Source: Octopus bimaculoides
Lineage: Eukaryota
Length of the DNA: 45,900 nt
Reading direction: 5' to 3'
Assembly (NCBI RefSeq): GCF_001194135.2
Contig: NC_068982.1
Span: 144,894,966-144,940,865, forward strand
Notes under the pieces: generated by a model
Seen by the model: only the letters and a program-made list of their open reading frames with translations
Database searches by the model: none
What the model was told of the DNA's origin: nothing
In this document: one piece after another, positions 10,801-22,830 of the stretch
Layout of the letters: every line of letters starts with the position of its first letter
Position numbering within the stretch: position 1 is the first letter of the stretch
Translations under genes and position numbers: made by a program

Positions 10801-12667
10801 TGTCAGATTTCCTGCCCGTTTGGTCTTTCATAAAAAGTAAAATAGCTTTATCCTTAATAAGTTTGTATTCGGAACAAATTAATATGAAAATTTGATGGGA
10901 GGTGGTGATTTAGATCATTTTAAAACAGGAAGTTTATATATATAGTCCCAGGGTCAGTTTCAGATAGGTTAGAATCAAAAGGATTAACTGTTTTGATATA
11001 AATCTGGACTCATTAGAATGAAGACGCATTGCATAATGTGGTCCGAGAAAAATTATATCTAATCAGGATTGCTCTGGGGATTTAACAACAATAAAAACGT
11101 TATCTATTTGATAGAGTTAAATGTATGATAAAACTTACTCTTTAGAAAATATTATAAAGCATAGCCTTTTCTCTGAGATCCAAATAAATAATGATATTGT
11201 TTAGATATGAAAAATAAATTATTGTTCTGGAAATATTTCGTCCCATCTTTTAGAAATTCAACGATAGTTCTGTTGCGTGTGCAGCTATCTTTCGTCAACA
11301 TTTACTGTTTTTTTTTGTAAGGCAGAACATCAAATCATAGTTAAGTCTACCATAGAGATTTTCATGAATAAACTTAGAAGAAAAAGAAAAGTAAAGTATA
11401 ACAAGAAATAAAACAAAAGTAAAAATAACAACAAAATATCAGTTTCTATGGTATTTTTGTATGTTTATTTTCGTCAACAAAAGGAAAGCCTAAAGTGTCG
11501 TATAAGTCTTAAGACTGAGTCAATATCTATTTTTTTTGCACAAAACTGACAGTAGAAATGTTATTTTTTTGTACAAGAAAGCTATTGTCCTGAGAAGCTG
11601 GTTACAATGAATGAAACTTCTCTCTCAGGCTACGTATATATGTATATGTATATGTGTGTGTGCGTGCGTGTGTATGTGCGCATGTGTGTATGTGTGTGTG
11701 TGTGCGCGCGTGTGAACGCGCATACACAATACACAACACATATATCCACAGAATTGTTTTTTGAACGGGCTTAAAACCAATTTTTGTGAGTGGCAACTAA
11801 AATCGATTGAATCGACTCAAGAAATATTGTTAAATTTTTATAGAAACAATTGCATACACCAGCCAAATTACCTTATTATCTATTGAAAAGAAAGACACTT
11901 TGGATAATATAATCCTGAATACACATTGTTAAAAATTATGAAAAAAAAACAAAAAACAATTTTGGATTGTTCGGAGGAAATGTCTTTGTTAGTGGCTACG
12001 AATCTGGTGACATGAGCGCAATGAATGCATCATCTATAACTGCAATCAATTGGGTAACCCTAATTCTCAGTCGTGATCTAGCATGTCGGAGCAAGTAACA
12101 GCAGCACCGTCTCAGATGTGAAAGCAGTAGACCATTAAAGGTCTTATTTGGGTTCCGTAAAGGATTAATTGTTATTTGTGCTCGAAATATTTTCTGGTTC
12201 TGGAGAGACTTGCAGGTCTTTGTGATACAGAATTTGGTATGTTGTGGTTGTGCGTTTGTTAGAAAGAATCTACTGTGGTAACGAGATCTTACATTTTTAG
12301 CGGCCTTAAAAGTTCAGTTGTATGCAATTTGCGTCAAGTGGTGGAGTTATTTGTATTGATTGAATGTTTCGTGTTCAATGAACAGTATCTGAAGAAGAAA
12401 ATAAGACCCACTGTGGAATGCGGCTCCCATATTGGGGACGGTCCTTCAGCAACAAATTTCTATACACTCATTCAACTGGCTTAAAATTGCAATCGTATCA
12501 CATACATACATACATACATACATACGTACGTAAACTGTATTCTAGCTAAAGAGGGGACCCGAATATCATTGTCCGACCTTCCAGAAATAGCAGCTCAGTT
12601 TCCTTCTAATCATAATGTACCATCTTAAAAGGGAAGGAAACATTGAATTATCATTTTTATTGACTTG

Positions 12668-13079
12668 CTCTTTTATCCTTTTAGTTGTTTCAGTCATTAG
12701 ACTGCGGCCATGCTGGGGCACCGTCTTGAAATTTTAGCTGAATGAATCGGCCCCAGTATTTATAATTTTGAACCTGGTACTTATCCTGTTGGTCACTTTT
12801 GACGAACCGCAAAGTTACGCGGACGCAAACACACAAACACCGGTTGTCAAGCGGTGGCGGGGGCACAAACACAGACACAAAGGCACATGCACACATAGAT
12901 ATACATACATATATATGTATACGACGGGCTTCTTTCAGTTTCCGTCAACCAAATCCACTCGCAAGACTTTGGTCGGTCTGAGGCTATGGTAGAAGACTCT
13001 TGCCTAAGGTGCCATGCAGTGGGACTGAACTCGGTACCATGTGGTTGGAAAGCAAGCATCTTACCACACATTCACGCCT
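12668..13079 (-). mobile_element. Full-length SINE-A
   Basis: Reverse complement aligns along the 4482 copy, with an internal (CATA/TA) tract. Confidence 0.85.
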
Positions 13080-13112
13080 GTTCACAAATATGAAATAAAA
13101 TATTGCTCTAGA

Positions 13113-13276
13113 GGCGCAGGAGTGGCTATGTGGTAAGCAGCTTGCTTACCAACCACATGGTTCCGGGTTCAGTCTCACTGCGTGGCACCTTGGGAAAGTG
13201 TCTTCTACTAAGGGCTCGGGCCGACCAAAGCCTTGTGAGTGGATTTGGTGGACAGAAACTAAAAGAAGCTCGTCGT

Positions 13277-13308
<32 letters not shown>

Positions 13309-13555
13309 GTATATGTATATATGTATGTATGTATGTATATGTTTGTGTGTCTGTGTTTGCCCTTCCCATCACTTGACAACCGATGTTGGTGTGTTTATGT
13401 CTCCGTAACATAGCGGTTCGGCAAAAAGACCGATAGAATAAGTACCAGGCTTACAAAGCATAAGTCCTGGGGTCGATTCGTTCGACTAAAGGCGGTGCTC
13501 CAGCATGACCGTAGTCAGATGACTGAAACAAATAAAATAAAATAAAACAAATAAA
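13113..13555 (+). mobile_element. Full-length SINE-A with internal (CA)(TA)(TATG) tract
   Basis: ggcgcaggagtggctatgtgg head through gactgaaaca(aataa)n tail. Confidence 0.9.
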
Positions 13556-14369
13556 TAAATATTTCGTTTTGTCTTCTGGAAGGTCAATAGTAGATTAGTT
13601 GAGTGTGCAGTTAGCTTTCGTCAACGTTTACTTCTCTTGTGAAGTAAAAAACATTGAGTCGTAGTTAAGTTTGCAGCAGAGATATTTATGAATCAAGTTA
13701 GAAAAACTAAAAAAAAAAAAGAATTAAAAAACAACGGAAATCAAAATATATATTTTAAAAATCGTTGTTTGTGACGTGTACAGCGAAATCGGGAACGAAT
13801 ATTTGTATGTTTTGTCTTAACACGTCCAGGCAGGTTTAGACGCAAAATATGTTAGTCGCTGTAGTGTAAGGAGAATAATTTTCTCTTCTTACAACAATAC
13901 TGTGTTCAACTCGGTTCATTGTCGCACAGCATACTGGGAGAGTAATGTTTCGACATATTGCATCTTATCAGTCAGAAGTAGCCAGAATTCTGAACCTAAA
14001 CAAAGCCGTTGGCTTTGTTTCTATTTTCTACCTGATCTGGTCAGTGATATTATTTGTCAACCGATAAAAAGTCATTGTTTGCATTGTGTACAACGAGATC
14101 TAGACCGACATTTGCATATTTATTTTTAATACGTCTTTGTAAGTTCAAATGCAAAATATGCTAGTCGCTATAGTGTATACCATAGGAGAAAAACTTTTTA
14201 GAAAAGAATATGGCAGTCTCCATGGTATTTTTATACGTTTATTTTTGTCAACAAGAAAGAACCGAAGCGTCCTAGTATTTTTTAAAGAAAGTATCTATTT
14301 TTTCCGAGAAGACTAGAAATGCACTGTACTTACTGCCTGGTTACAGTAGATGAAGCTTCTGGTTGTGTG

Positions 14370-14401
<32 letters not shown>

Positions 14402-14437
14402 TGTATGTATGTATGTATGTATGTATGTATGTATGTA

Positions 14438-14671
14438 TTATTTCTTTACTACCCACAAGGGGCTACACACAGAGGGGACAAACACGGACAGACAAACGGA
14501 TTAAGTCGATTATATCGACCCCAGTGCGTAACTGGTACTTATTTAATCGACCCCGAAAGGATGAAAGGCAAAGTCTAGCTCGGCGGAATTGGAACCCAGA
14601 ACGTAGCGGCAGACGAAATACCGCTAAGCATTTCGCCCGGCGTGCTAACGTTTCTGCCAGCTCGCCGCCTT
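14438..14671 (-). mobile_element. Young SINE-B variant with a distinct 3' tail, inserted in (TATG)n
   Basis: Head aaggcggcgagctggcagaaacg; tail ..gccccttgtgggtagtaaagaaataa; (TATG)n on both sides (14372-14437 and 14673-14706). Confidence 0.85.
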
Positions 14672-14703
14672 CGTATGTATGTATGTATGTATGTATGTAT
14701 GTA

Positions 14704-14743
<40 letters not shown>

Positions 14744-17349
14744 TGTGTGTGTGTGTGTGTGTAAATGCATGCATGCGCGCACACATGTTTTAATAGACTC
14801 AAAATAAATTTTCTTGAAGGGCGAGTAAAATTGATCAAAACCACGAAACATTACCCTTACGTTCCACTGGATTGAAGATCGAGGCTATTACTGGACCGAA
14901 AGTGGAGAATGGGTTGTCATTATAAGGGTGACGAGGATTTGAGACATACAAAACGGCATTACTGGAGTGAATGTAGCACAAGGTCAGCCAGGTCTCAGGA
15001 GCAGAGTCTACCGTCATAGCTGCAGCAGCAAAGATTAGGAGAGAGGAGAGAAAAGGTAACTTTTGTGGGTCAAGGCTTCTGTTGTGTTGGGAAATGACTT
15101 TATAGCTGTAGGTCAAGTGGCTAATTTTTGGCATACCATGTGTGTATGTGTAACAGCAGCATCACCCCCATATATGGGAGCTCTGCATCATTGTGGGTTA
15201 CGGCTGTGCATTTTAGAGAATGAGTTGTTGTAGGGACCAGGTAAAATATTTTCTCACTGTTTACAGAAAGCTGCATTTGTTATGTTGAGTATGAGCGTTC
15301 ATTCGGAACGCCGTTCAGTGATGATGCGGCCTAGGGTCTCTGTTAGCTTCTGACTCATGTTCAAGAGTGAGAAAGAGTAAGATACTACTTTCATGATATG
15401 TGTATTGAATGTGTCTTTGTTCTGATCAATACACTGTTCTGGGAAAAAGATTTAATGCTCATGGCTGGAATGCTTTTGATTTCAGGGCTGAGCTAGTGCT
15501 AAACAACGACTATAACAGTAATAACAAGTAAATTTATTTTATCTTTTTATCTACCAGATTTACATTAAAAGCGCTGGTTTTGAATTAAATAAAAACTGGA
15601 TGGCACAAATGAAGTGTAACACCTATGTCTGCAAATATGCATTGAAGACTATATGTGTAAACTGAAGAGAGTGGGTATGTTTAGTCATAAAAAAATAAAC
15701 CAAATGATAGAAATTTGTTTTTTTAGACAAGAAAAAAGGAAAGAAAGGAAACTAATGTTGTTACTGCCCACTCTACAACAAATTCTCAACCGTGTAATTG
15801 TAACAAATATCCTTGTTTCTATTGATCGACTGAAGTCAGTTCGCTACAGTTACAGTAACTCATATATATCTAGATACATCACAGTTATGCAATAGGTTCA
15901 AGACGACAAAATAAAGTTTAATTTGATTTAGATATTAGACTTCAGAGTTAGTGAGCTTGAAAGAATTTTTTTTTATCAAACACAATTCCAAGCTTTAAAC
16001 TGGCGCAAAGTAAAAAAACAAAACAAAACAGAAACAAATATAAAAATAAAAACAAAACCCATTATTTAAAGGAAGTACGATATAGACGATCAAACGAACT
16101 TGTGGCGAGCTGGCACTTAAATAGAAGACAAAAATAAAATAGCATTTTATGAAAGAATCAAGATAAAAGCAGCTATATTCATCTGTTTTGTTGAAAACTG
16201 GTAAAATCGAGGAAATTACAAAGAAATCTTCAAATATAAATAAAAAAGACACACACTCCATATGTTCAAATATATAACCAATTTAAAAGTATAATTCAAT
16301 AAATCTAGATCACATTTTTTTCACAAGTTATAGACGTAAAACCAGACTTATTATAAACAAATTTGGAAGAACACAAACATGAGATTGCGCTAGCGAACAA
16401 TAAAGCTCTGTATAAAGTAATAAAGTAAAATCTTAGTTTTGCAGTGACTTCAAATGGATTAATGTTTTATATTAATTTATAGGAAAATGACTATATAGAT
16501 ACAGTGGGATTACTTCGGGTTGTGAAAAATATGTCAGTTTTACTAGGTTCCAATTTGTTTTCTTTATATTATAGGTACAATTTTAGGGGTGGGTGAGGTG
16601 GGGTGGGGTTGGGGTTGGTCGATTATGTCATCCTCGGTGCTCAACTGGTATTTTATCAACCCCAAAAGAATGAAAGGCAAAGTCGACCTCGGTGGTACTG
16701 GAACTGAGAAAGTAAAAAAAAAAACGAAACTTAGGTGCAAAATTTTAAGCAGTATATGTTTCTTTTACCTTTAAAGACGAATAGAGCAACGTCTAACATC
16801 ATATACACTGGGACAAAAATTGTTTACATGAAACCTCGATTCTAAGAAAGTGGAGGAATGATGAAAATGGTTGTTGTCGTTGAGGAGATAAAACTGACTA
16901 GTACTACATTTGCACCAAACACATTATCACTCCCATTTCTTCTTCGTATGTCATATTTTCACGCGTCAGTGATCATTGATCTCTATGCCAAAGTTTGAAG
17001 ATCCATAATTTTTCCTGGGAAATATATATCGGTGGCTTTCCGTTGCCTTCTCTCGGTTTATTTACAGTTTATTAGTCCCCATTCAGCCGAACTAAAAATG
17101 TATTAATCTTTATTGTAGGTGGGGATTATACATGGTCCATACCGATTTTTAAATCGTTAAATTAGTAGCGGCCATTTTCATTACAACATTTTCTTTTACT
17201 CGCTTCAATGGACTGAGCCCATCCTTAGCTTAACTCTCTTTTATACACTGTCAAATTATCTTGCAAATAAAAGTTTTAGAAAATTAAGGCATGCATAGAT
17301 TAAGAAACATAAACATCAGCGACATAACACTAACTTTAGAAAGAAAGTA

Positions 17350-17589
17350 TTGGACGGTCACCGCTAAGTTACAGTAACATAAACCAACACCGGTTGTTAA
17401 GCATTGATGATGATAGACACAAACACACACATACAGTGGGCTTCTTTCAGTTTCTTATTTCTTTACTGCCCACTAGGGGCTACACACAGAGGGGACAAAC
17501 AAGAACAGACAAACGGATTAAGTCGATTATATCGACCCCAGTGCGTAACTGGTACTTATTTAATCGACCTCGAAAGGATGAAAAGCAAA
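17350..17589 (-). mobile_element. SINE-A middle fragment fused to the 3' half of the SINE-B variant
   Basis: 17455-17589 is nearly identical to 14438-14570; 17350-17454 matches the SINE-A interior. Confidence 0.75.
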
Positions 17590-17943
17590 CAGACACTGAA
17601 TGTTCAGATTTATAGTGAAATGCTCCTGCAACAGAAATGGCCGTGTATATTTATTATAGACACGCATGTGCNNNNNNNNNNNNNNNNNNNNNNNNNNNNN
17701 NNNNNNNNNNNNNNNNNNNNNNNNNNNNNNNNNNNNNNNNNNNNNNNNNNNNNNNNNNNNNNNNNNNNNNNNNNNNNNNNNNNNNNNNNNNNNNNNNNNN
17801 NNNNNNNNNNNNNNNNNNNNNNNNNNNNNNNNNNNNNNNNNNNNNNNNNNNNNNNNNNNNNNNNNNNNNNNNNNNNNNNNNNNNNNNNNNNNNNNNNNNN
17901 NNNNNNNNNNNNNNNNNNNNNNNNNNNNNNNNNNNNNNNNNNN

Positions 17944-17991
<48 letters not shown>

Positions 17992-18365
17992 TGGTCCATC
18001 TTTCTGGATTAGACAAATGCCGTTTCTTTGTGCTTCCTCGTTCTTATCGACATTTCTGACTTTCCGACCATGACTTCACAGATGACTATTCAGCCACGTT
18101 GTAGATCTGCTTGGTTTGAAGTATAGGTGATAGGCGAAAGTTGTAACTTACTGTGCACTCTCAACTGGTTATACTGCGTCCGGTGGTGGGGCTATTGTTC
18201 AAGAGTTCTACAGTTTTTGTTCCCAGATGTATTCTGACCCAGAGTAGTAGCACCTGCAATTGTACGTATGATTCTCTAGTAGCTTTGATTTTCTAAATGG
18301 ACATTGGTGAAGAGAAATTCAAATACTCCAGTCCTTCATATGCTACACTTTCTATTTCCAGCATG

Positions 18366-18559
18366 TTCATTTTTTTTTAGTTGCTTCAGTCATTTGACTG
18401 CGACCATGCTGGAGCACCGCCTTTAGTCGAACAAATCGACCCCAGGACTTATTCTTTGTAAGTCTAGTACTTATTCTATCTGTCTCTTTTGCCGAACCAC
18501 TAGGTTGCGGGGACGTAAACACACCGACATCTGTTGTCAAGCGATGGTGGGGGGACAAA

Positions 18560-18638
<79 letters not shown>

Positions 18639-18787
18639 TGGACTTCTTTCAGTTTCCGTCTACCAAATTCACTCACAAGGCATTAGTTGACCCGAGGTTG
18701 TAGTTGAAGACACTTGCCCAAGGTGCCACGCAGTGGGACTGAACACAGAACCATATGGTTGGAAAGCAAGCTTTTTATCCTGCGCCT
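18366..18787 (-). mobile_element. Full-length SINE-A with long internal (CA)n
   Basis: Aligns with other copies; (CA)n at about 18563-18636. Confidence 0.88.
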
Positions 18788-20015
18788 ATGTTTGAGATTT
18801 TTTAGAATGTTCTATTTAAATTCAGAGGATATGCCACATTCTTTCGATTACCAAATATACAGAGACAAAGAAGTATTTCCACTTTTGGGATGCCGAAAGA
18901 ACTATGTTTGAAACTAAAATATGGTTTTTAAGAATATATGTGGGTGTATATACAAATATATACTGCGAACTTTGTGTATTAAAGGCGTATTTAAGAAATA
19001 GATTTCGATATTATATGTATATTGTTAGCCATTAGATAACTTAATTTTGGCTAAGTGTATTAACGTTGCCTACATCGTGTACAGTTTTCCTTATGTAAGT
19101 ATGGAAAGTTTATCATAATGATTTCTATTTACGTATGTAGATATTTACTAAATTGCGTGTGAGTGAATATATTCTTATATTCTTATATATGTTTATGAAG
19201 CTTACTCGGGTTTTACATTTATAACTTGTAAAAAAATCTTATGTTGACTTATTGAGTTGCCTTGTTAAATTGGTTTTAGATGTGTGAATGTGGGAATGCG
19301 TATGTTTTTTTTACTTATGTTTATAAATTTCGTTGTAATTTCCTCAACTTTACCAATTTTCACGTGAGATGTTAATATAACTGCTTTCAACTTAATTATA
19401 ACATTCTGCAATTTTTTCGATTTCAATTTACATGTCAGCTTGCCACTAGATCTTTGTTCATCTGTATCATTCTTTAAATAGTGGATGATTTTTTCCCATT
19501 TTACACCAACATAAAGTTTAGAATTTTGTTTAATCTATACTTTAATATTTTTTTCCAAGTTAGGTAACCTATCTTCTGAAACCCATTGCATTAACAACGT
19601 GACGTATTTAGATAGATTCTATCTGAATACGCGTAAATTCAAAACATTATTACTAGAGCCGACTAAGAAATTTTTTAAATGTAGGTGGTTTAATTTCGTT
19701 GGCGTTCAAAATTCTCCGTTTGAATTAATACTATCTTACCTGGCCTTTCATCAGTCTAACTTCGACCGTTGGAGTTAGAATCCTGAAACTCGAGGTATTT
19801 TATAAAAAGTAAATTTTGATTCATTTTTATAGCCAACCCCTTAGTGATATTGGGTTTACTTTCTTATTTTCACAGTTTTTTTTTGTAAAAAGTTGCTCTG
19901 ATATTACCTTTTTCTTTTGATCTACCTAAGAAAGTCTCACGATGTTAGTATATATTCAATCCAACATTGAAAAGATACAATGTATTTAAACAACTTTAGT
20001 GCTGTAAGACATTAC

Positions 20016-20047
<32 letters not shown>

Positions 20048-20734
20048 NNNNNNNNNNNNNNNNNNNNNNNNNNNNNNNNNNNNNNNNNNNNNNNNNNNNN
20101 NNNNNNNNNNNNNNNNNNNNNNNNNNNNNNNNNNNNNNNNNNNNNNNNNNNNNNNNNNNNNNNNNNNNNNNNNNNNNNNNNNNNNNNNNNNNNNNNNNNN
20201 NNNNNNNNNNNNNNNNNNNNNNNNNNNNNNNNNNNNNNNNNNNNNNNNNNNNNNNNNNNNNNNNNNNNNNNNNNNNNNNNNNNNNNNNNNNNNNNNNNNN
20301 NNNNNNNNNNNNNNNNNNNNNNNNNNNNNNNNNNNNNNNNNNNNNNNNNNNNNNNNNNNNNNNNNNNNNNNNNNNNNNNNNNNNNNNNNNNNNNNNNNNN
20401 NNNNNNNNNNNNNNNNNNNNNNNNNNNNNNNNNNNNNNNNNNNNNNNNNNNNNNNNNNNNNNNNNNNNNNNNNNNNNNNNNNNNNNNNNNNNNNNNNNNN
20501 NNNNNNNNNNNNNNNNNNNNNNNNNNNNNNNNNNNNNNNNNNNNNNNNNNNNNNNNNNNNNNNNNNNNNNNNNNNNNNNNNNNNNNNNNNNNNNNNNNNN
20601 NNNNNNNNNNNNNNNNNNNNNNNNNNNNNNNNNNNNNNNNNNNNNNNNNNNNNNNNNNNNNNNNNNNNNNNNNNNNNNNNNNNNNNNNNNNNNTATATAT
20701 ATATGGTGGCCTGGCATGTATAAAAAGTCAATAG

Positions 20735-21084
20735 ACGACATATGCATTATAAAATATAAGAAAAATGACCTATAACAGGCAATTTCTACACGCTAGAAGA
20801 CAATCAAAACGACCGAAAACCACAAAATCAAGCAATTTCAAAGGGAAAGAAAAAATAAAAACTTTTACCTTGTTTTAACGGTTAGACCTATAGGTTTCGA
20901 ATTCTTTTAGGAAATAAAACAATTTACTAGGCAAATTCTCTTCAGTAACCAGCCGTCAAAGATTAACCTAAAACTGTGAGACAAACCACACGTGTCTTAT
21001 AGTTACATGTTATAATTTTCTCAAAATCAACTACGCAGGCGCAGTTTCAGTCGGTTACTGAAAAGAATTTGCCTAGTAAATTGT
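20735..21084 (-). mobile_element. Penelope-like terminal repeat or retrozyme-like remnant with inverted partial copy
   Basis: Contains the hammerhead; 32-bp inverted repeat 20919-20950 / 21053-21084 with one mismatch; no ORF seen; left boundary uncertain. Confidence 0.5.
20880..20950 (-). ncRNA. Type I hammerhead ribozyme with palindromic stem III
   Basis: Minus strand: GGTTA-CTGAAGA-GAATT[30 nt]AATTC-GAAA-CCTATAGG-TC-TAACC. Stem I GGTTA/TAACC, core CUGANGA, stem II closed by G-C, GAAA, stem III C-CTATAG-G, GUC cleavage triplet. Confidence 0.85.
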
Positions 21085-21749
21085 GTGCTGGTGGTGACCC
21101 ATCGTTCATGTCAAGGATCATAATCGGTGACGAGAGTTGGGTCTATGGGTACGACCCTGAGAGGAAGCAGGCTGCCATCTCCACGACAGAGCTGCAGCTC
21201 AGTCAAGAACATACTCTCCGTCTTTTTCGACATGCACGGTATTGTGCATCGAGAATTCGTCCCCTGGACCAGACCGTTAATCGAGAGTTCTACTGCAACG
21301 TTTTGAAGTGTTTGAGGGAGGACTTTTGGCGAAAGCGACCGGATCTTTAGTGCGCAAAGAATTGGATTCTTCACGACGACAATGCACTCTGTCAAAGCGC
21401 TCTCCTTACTCGTAAGTTTCTCGCCAAAACATCACGGTATCGCTTCCACACATGTCCTATTCGCCAGATCTAGCATCTACGGACTTTCACCTCTTCCCCA
21501 AGATGAAAATGCAGCTCAAAGGTTGCCGTTTGGCACCTTTATCGAGATCTAGAGCGAATCGACGAAGGTCCTCGATTCGCTTACGAAAAATGACTTCCAG
21601 GCTAAATTCCAAAAGATAGTAGGAACGCTGGGGCTGGTGTATTGCTGCACAAGGGGACTACCTCCAATGCGATGTTAAAAATACTTAGGTAAAATAAGTG
21701 ATTTTTTTTATTAAACATACTAGTCCGGGAACTTTTTGATACCATCTCG
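21085..21749 (+). mobile_element. 5'-truncated mariner transposase pseudogene with 3' TIR
   Basis: GDESWVYGYDPE, WILHDDNA, YSPDLASTDFHLFPKMK; ends ccgggaactttttgataccatctcg+TA (21750-21751). Confidence 0.92.
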
Positions 21750-22468
21750 TATACGACATAATTTCAAAGTTTTCTCTAAACACAATTTCAGTTATAACAA
21801 GTAAAGGTTAGGCATTGTGGCGTAATTGAGTCTCATTGTGTTTTCCGTAAATAGAAATTATTTACTTATATATCAGTCAATATCGAAAAGAAATAATGGC
21901 GTTAGAAAAATTTGATTGGATATTGTAACTACGTGCTTATAGGTTTGATCTCTCTTTGTGGCATCTTAGGAAAATGTCTTCTGGCATAGCTACTAGCCTT
22001 GCTAATGGAAGTTCGCAGACAAATGAAAGTGCCATTAACAAAACGTATGTCATACCAATGGCAATTGTCTAGAAAAGGTTGCTGTCTAAGCATCCAATGT
22101 CAGTCAGGATGGCACAGGCTAAATCACTTTAAGAATAAATATTATCAGTAAATTTATAACATTAGAATATTACAAATATTATTCGATAGAAATGTTGCGA
22201 TGCATAACTAGTTACTAAAAAAAGTTATTTAATCATCAATGGTGTCTTGTGGACAAAGCAACGTTTTATACGCAATCCAAGTAATTCTGCAGTTTATGTA
22301 TTCATGAGAAACTTCGTATTTTAACAGTACTAAAACACTGAATAAATATATCGGGCTAATTTGTTCATGCCCGAATGTTAGAAAATTTCTGCTACGATAC
22401 CATAATGGCTTTTCCCAAACTGTATCCTAAAATATTAATTAAATTTAACATTAAAAAAAAGATACATA

Positions 22469-22830
22469 GGCGCAGGCGTGACTGTATAGTAAGGAGCTTG
22501 TTTCCCAACCACATGATTCTGGGTTCAGTCCCACTGCGTGGCACCTTGGGCAAGTGTCTTCTACTATAGTCCTTGTGAGTGGATTTGGTAGACGGAAACT
22601 GAAAGAAGTCCGTCGTATCTATCTTGTGTTTTTCCCCCTACCGTCACTTGAAAACCGATGCTGGTGTGTTTATGTCCCCTTAACTTAGCTGTTCGGCAAA
22701 AGAGAGAGATATAGAATAAGTACTAGGCTTACAAAGAATAAGTCCTGGGATCAATTTGTTTGACTAAAAGCGGTGTTCCAGCATAGCTACAGTCAAATGA
22801 CTGAAACAACTAAAAGAATAAAAAAAGAAT
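22469..22830 (+). mobile_element. Full-length SINE-A lacking the internal microsatellite
   Basis: Head and tail intact; only 'tatctatct' at the site where other copies carry long tracts. Confidence 0.9.

Noticed and set aside
12288-12400. Minus-strand 96-nt segment with good splice acceptor and donor
   Set aside because: Stop codons in all three frames; a non-coding exon cannot be excluded but has no support
14840-15420. Higher-complexity segment with a 99-aa minus-strand ORF
   Set aside because: Possibly an old LINE piece but no diagnostic motif; left unannotated
19741-19760. CTGATGA on the minus strand as another hammerhead core
   Set aside because: No downstream GAAA with pairing stems found
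19980-20747. Long ORFs in the track spanning N gaps and microsatellites (also near 2.8, 9.4, 17.6, 27.0, 31.4 and 41.4 kb)
   Set aside because: Open only because of Ns and dinucleotide or trinucleotide repeats
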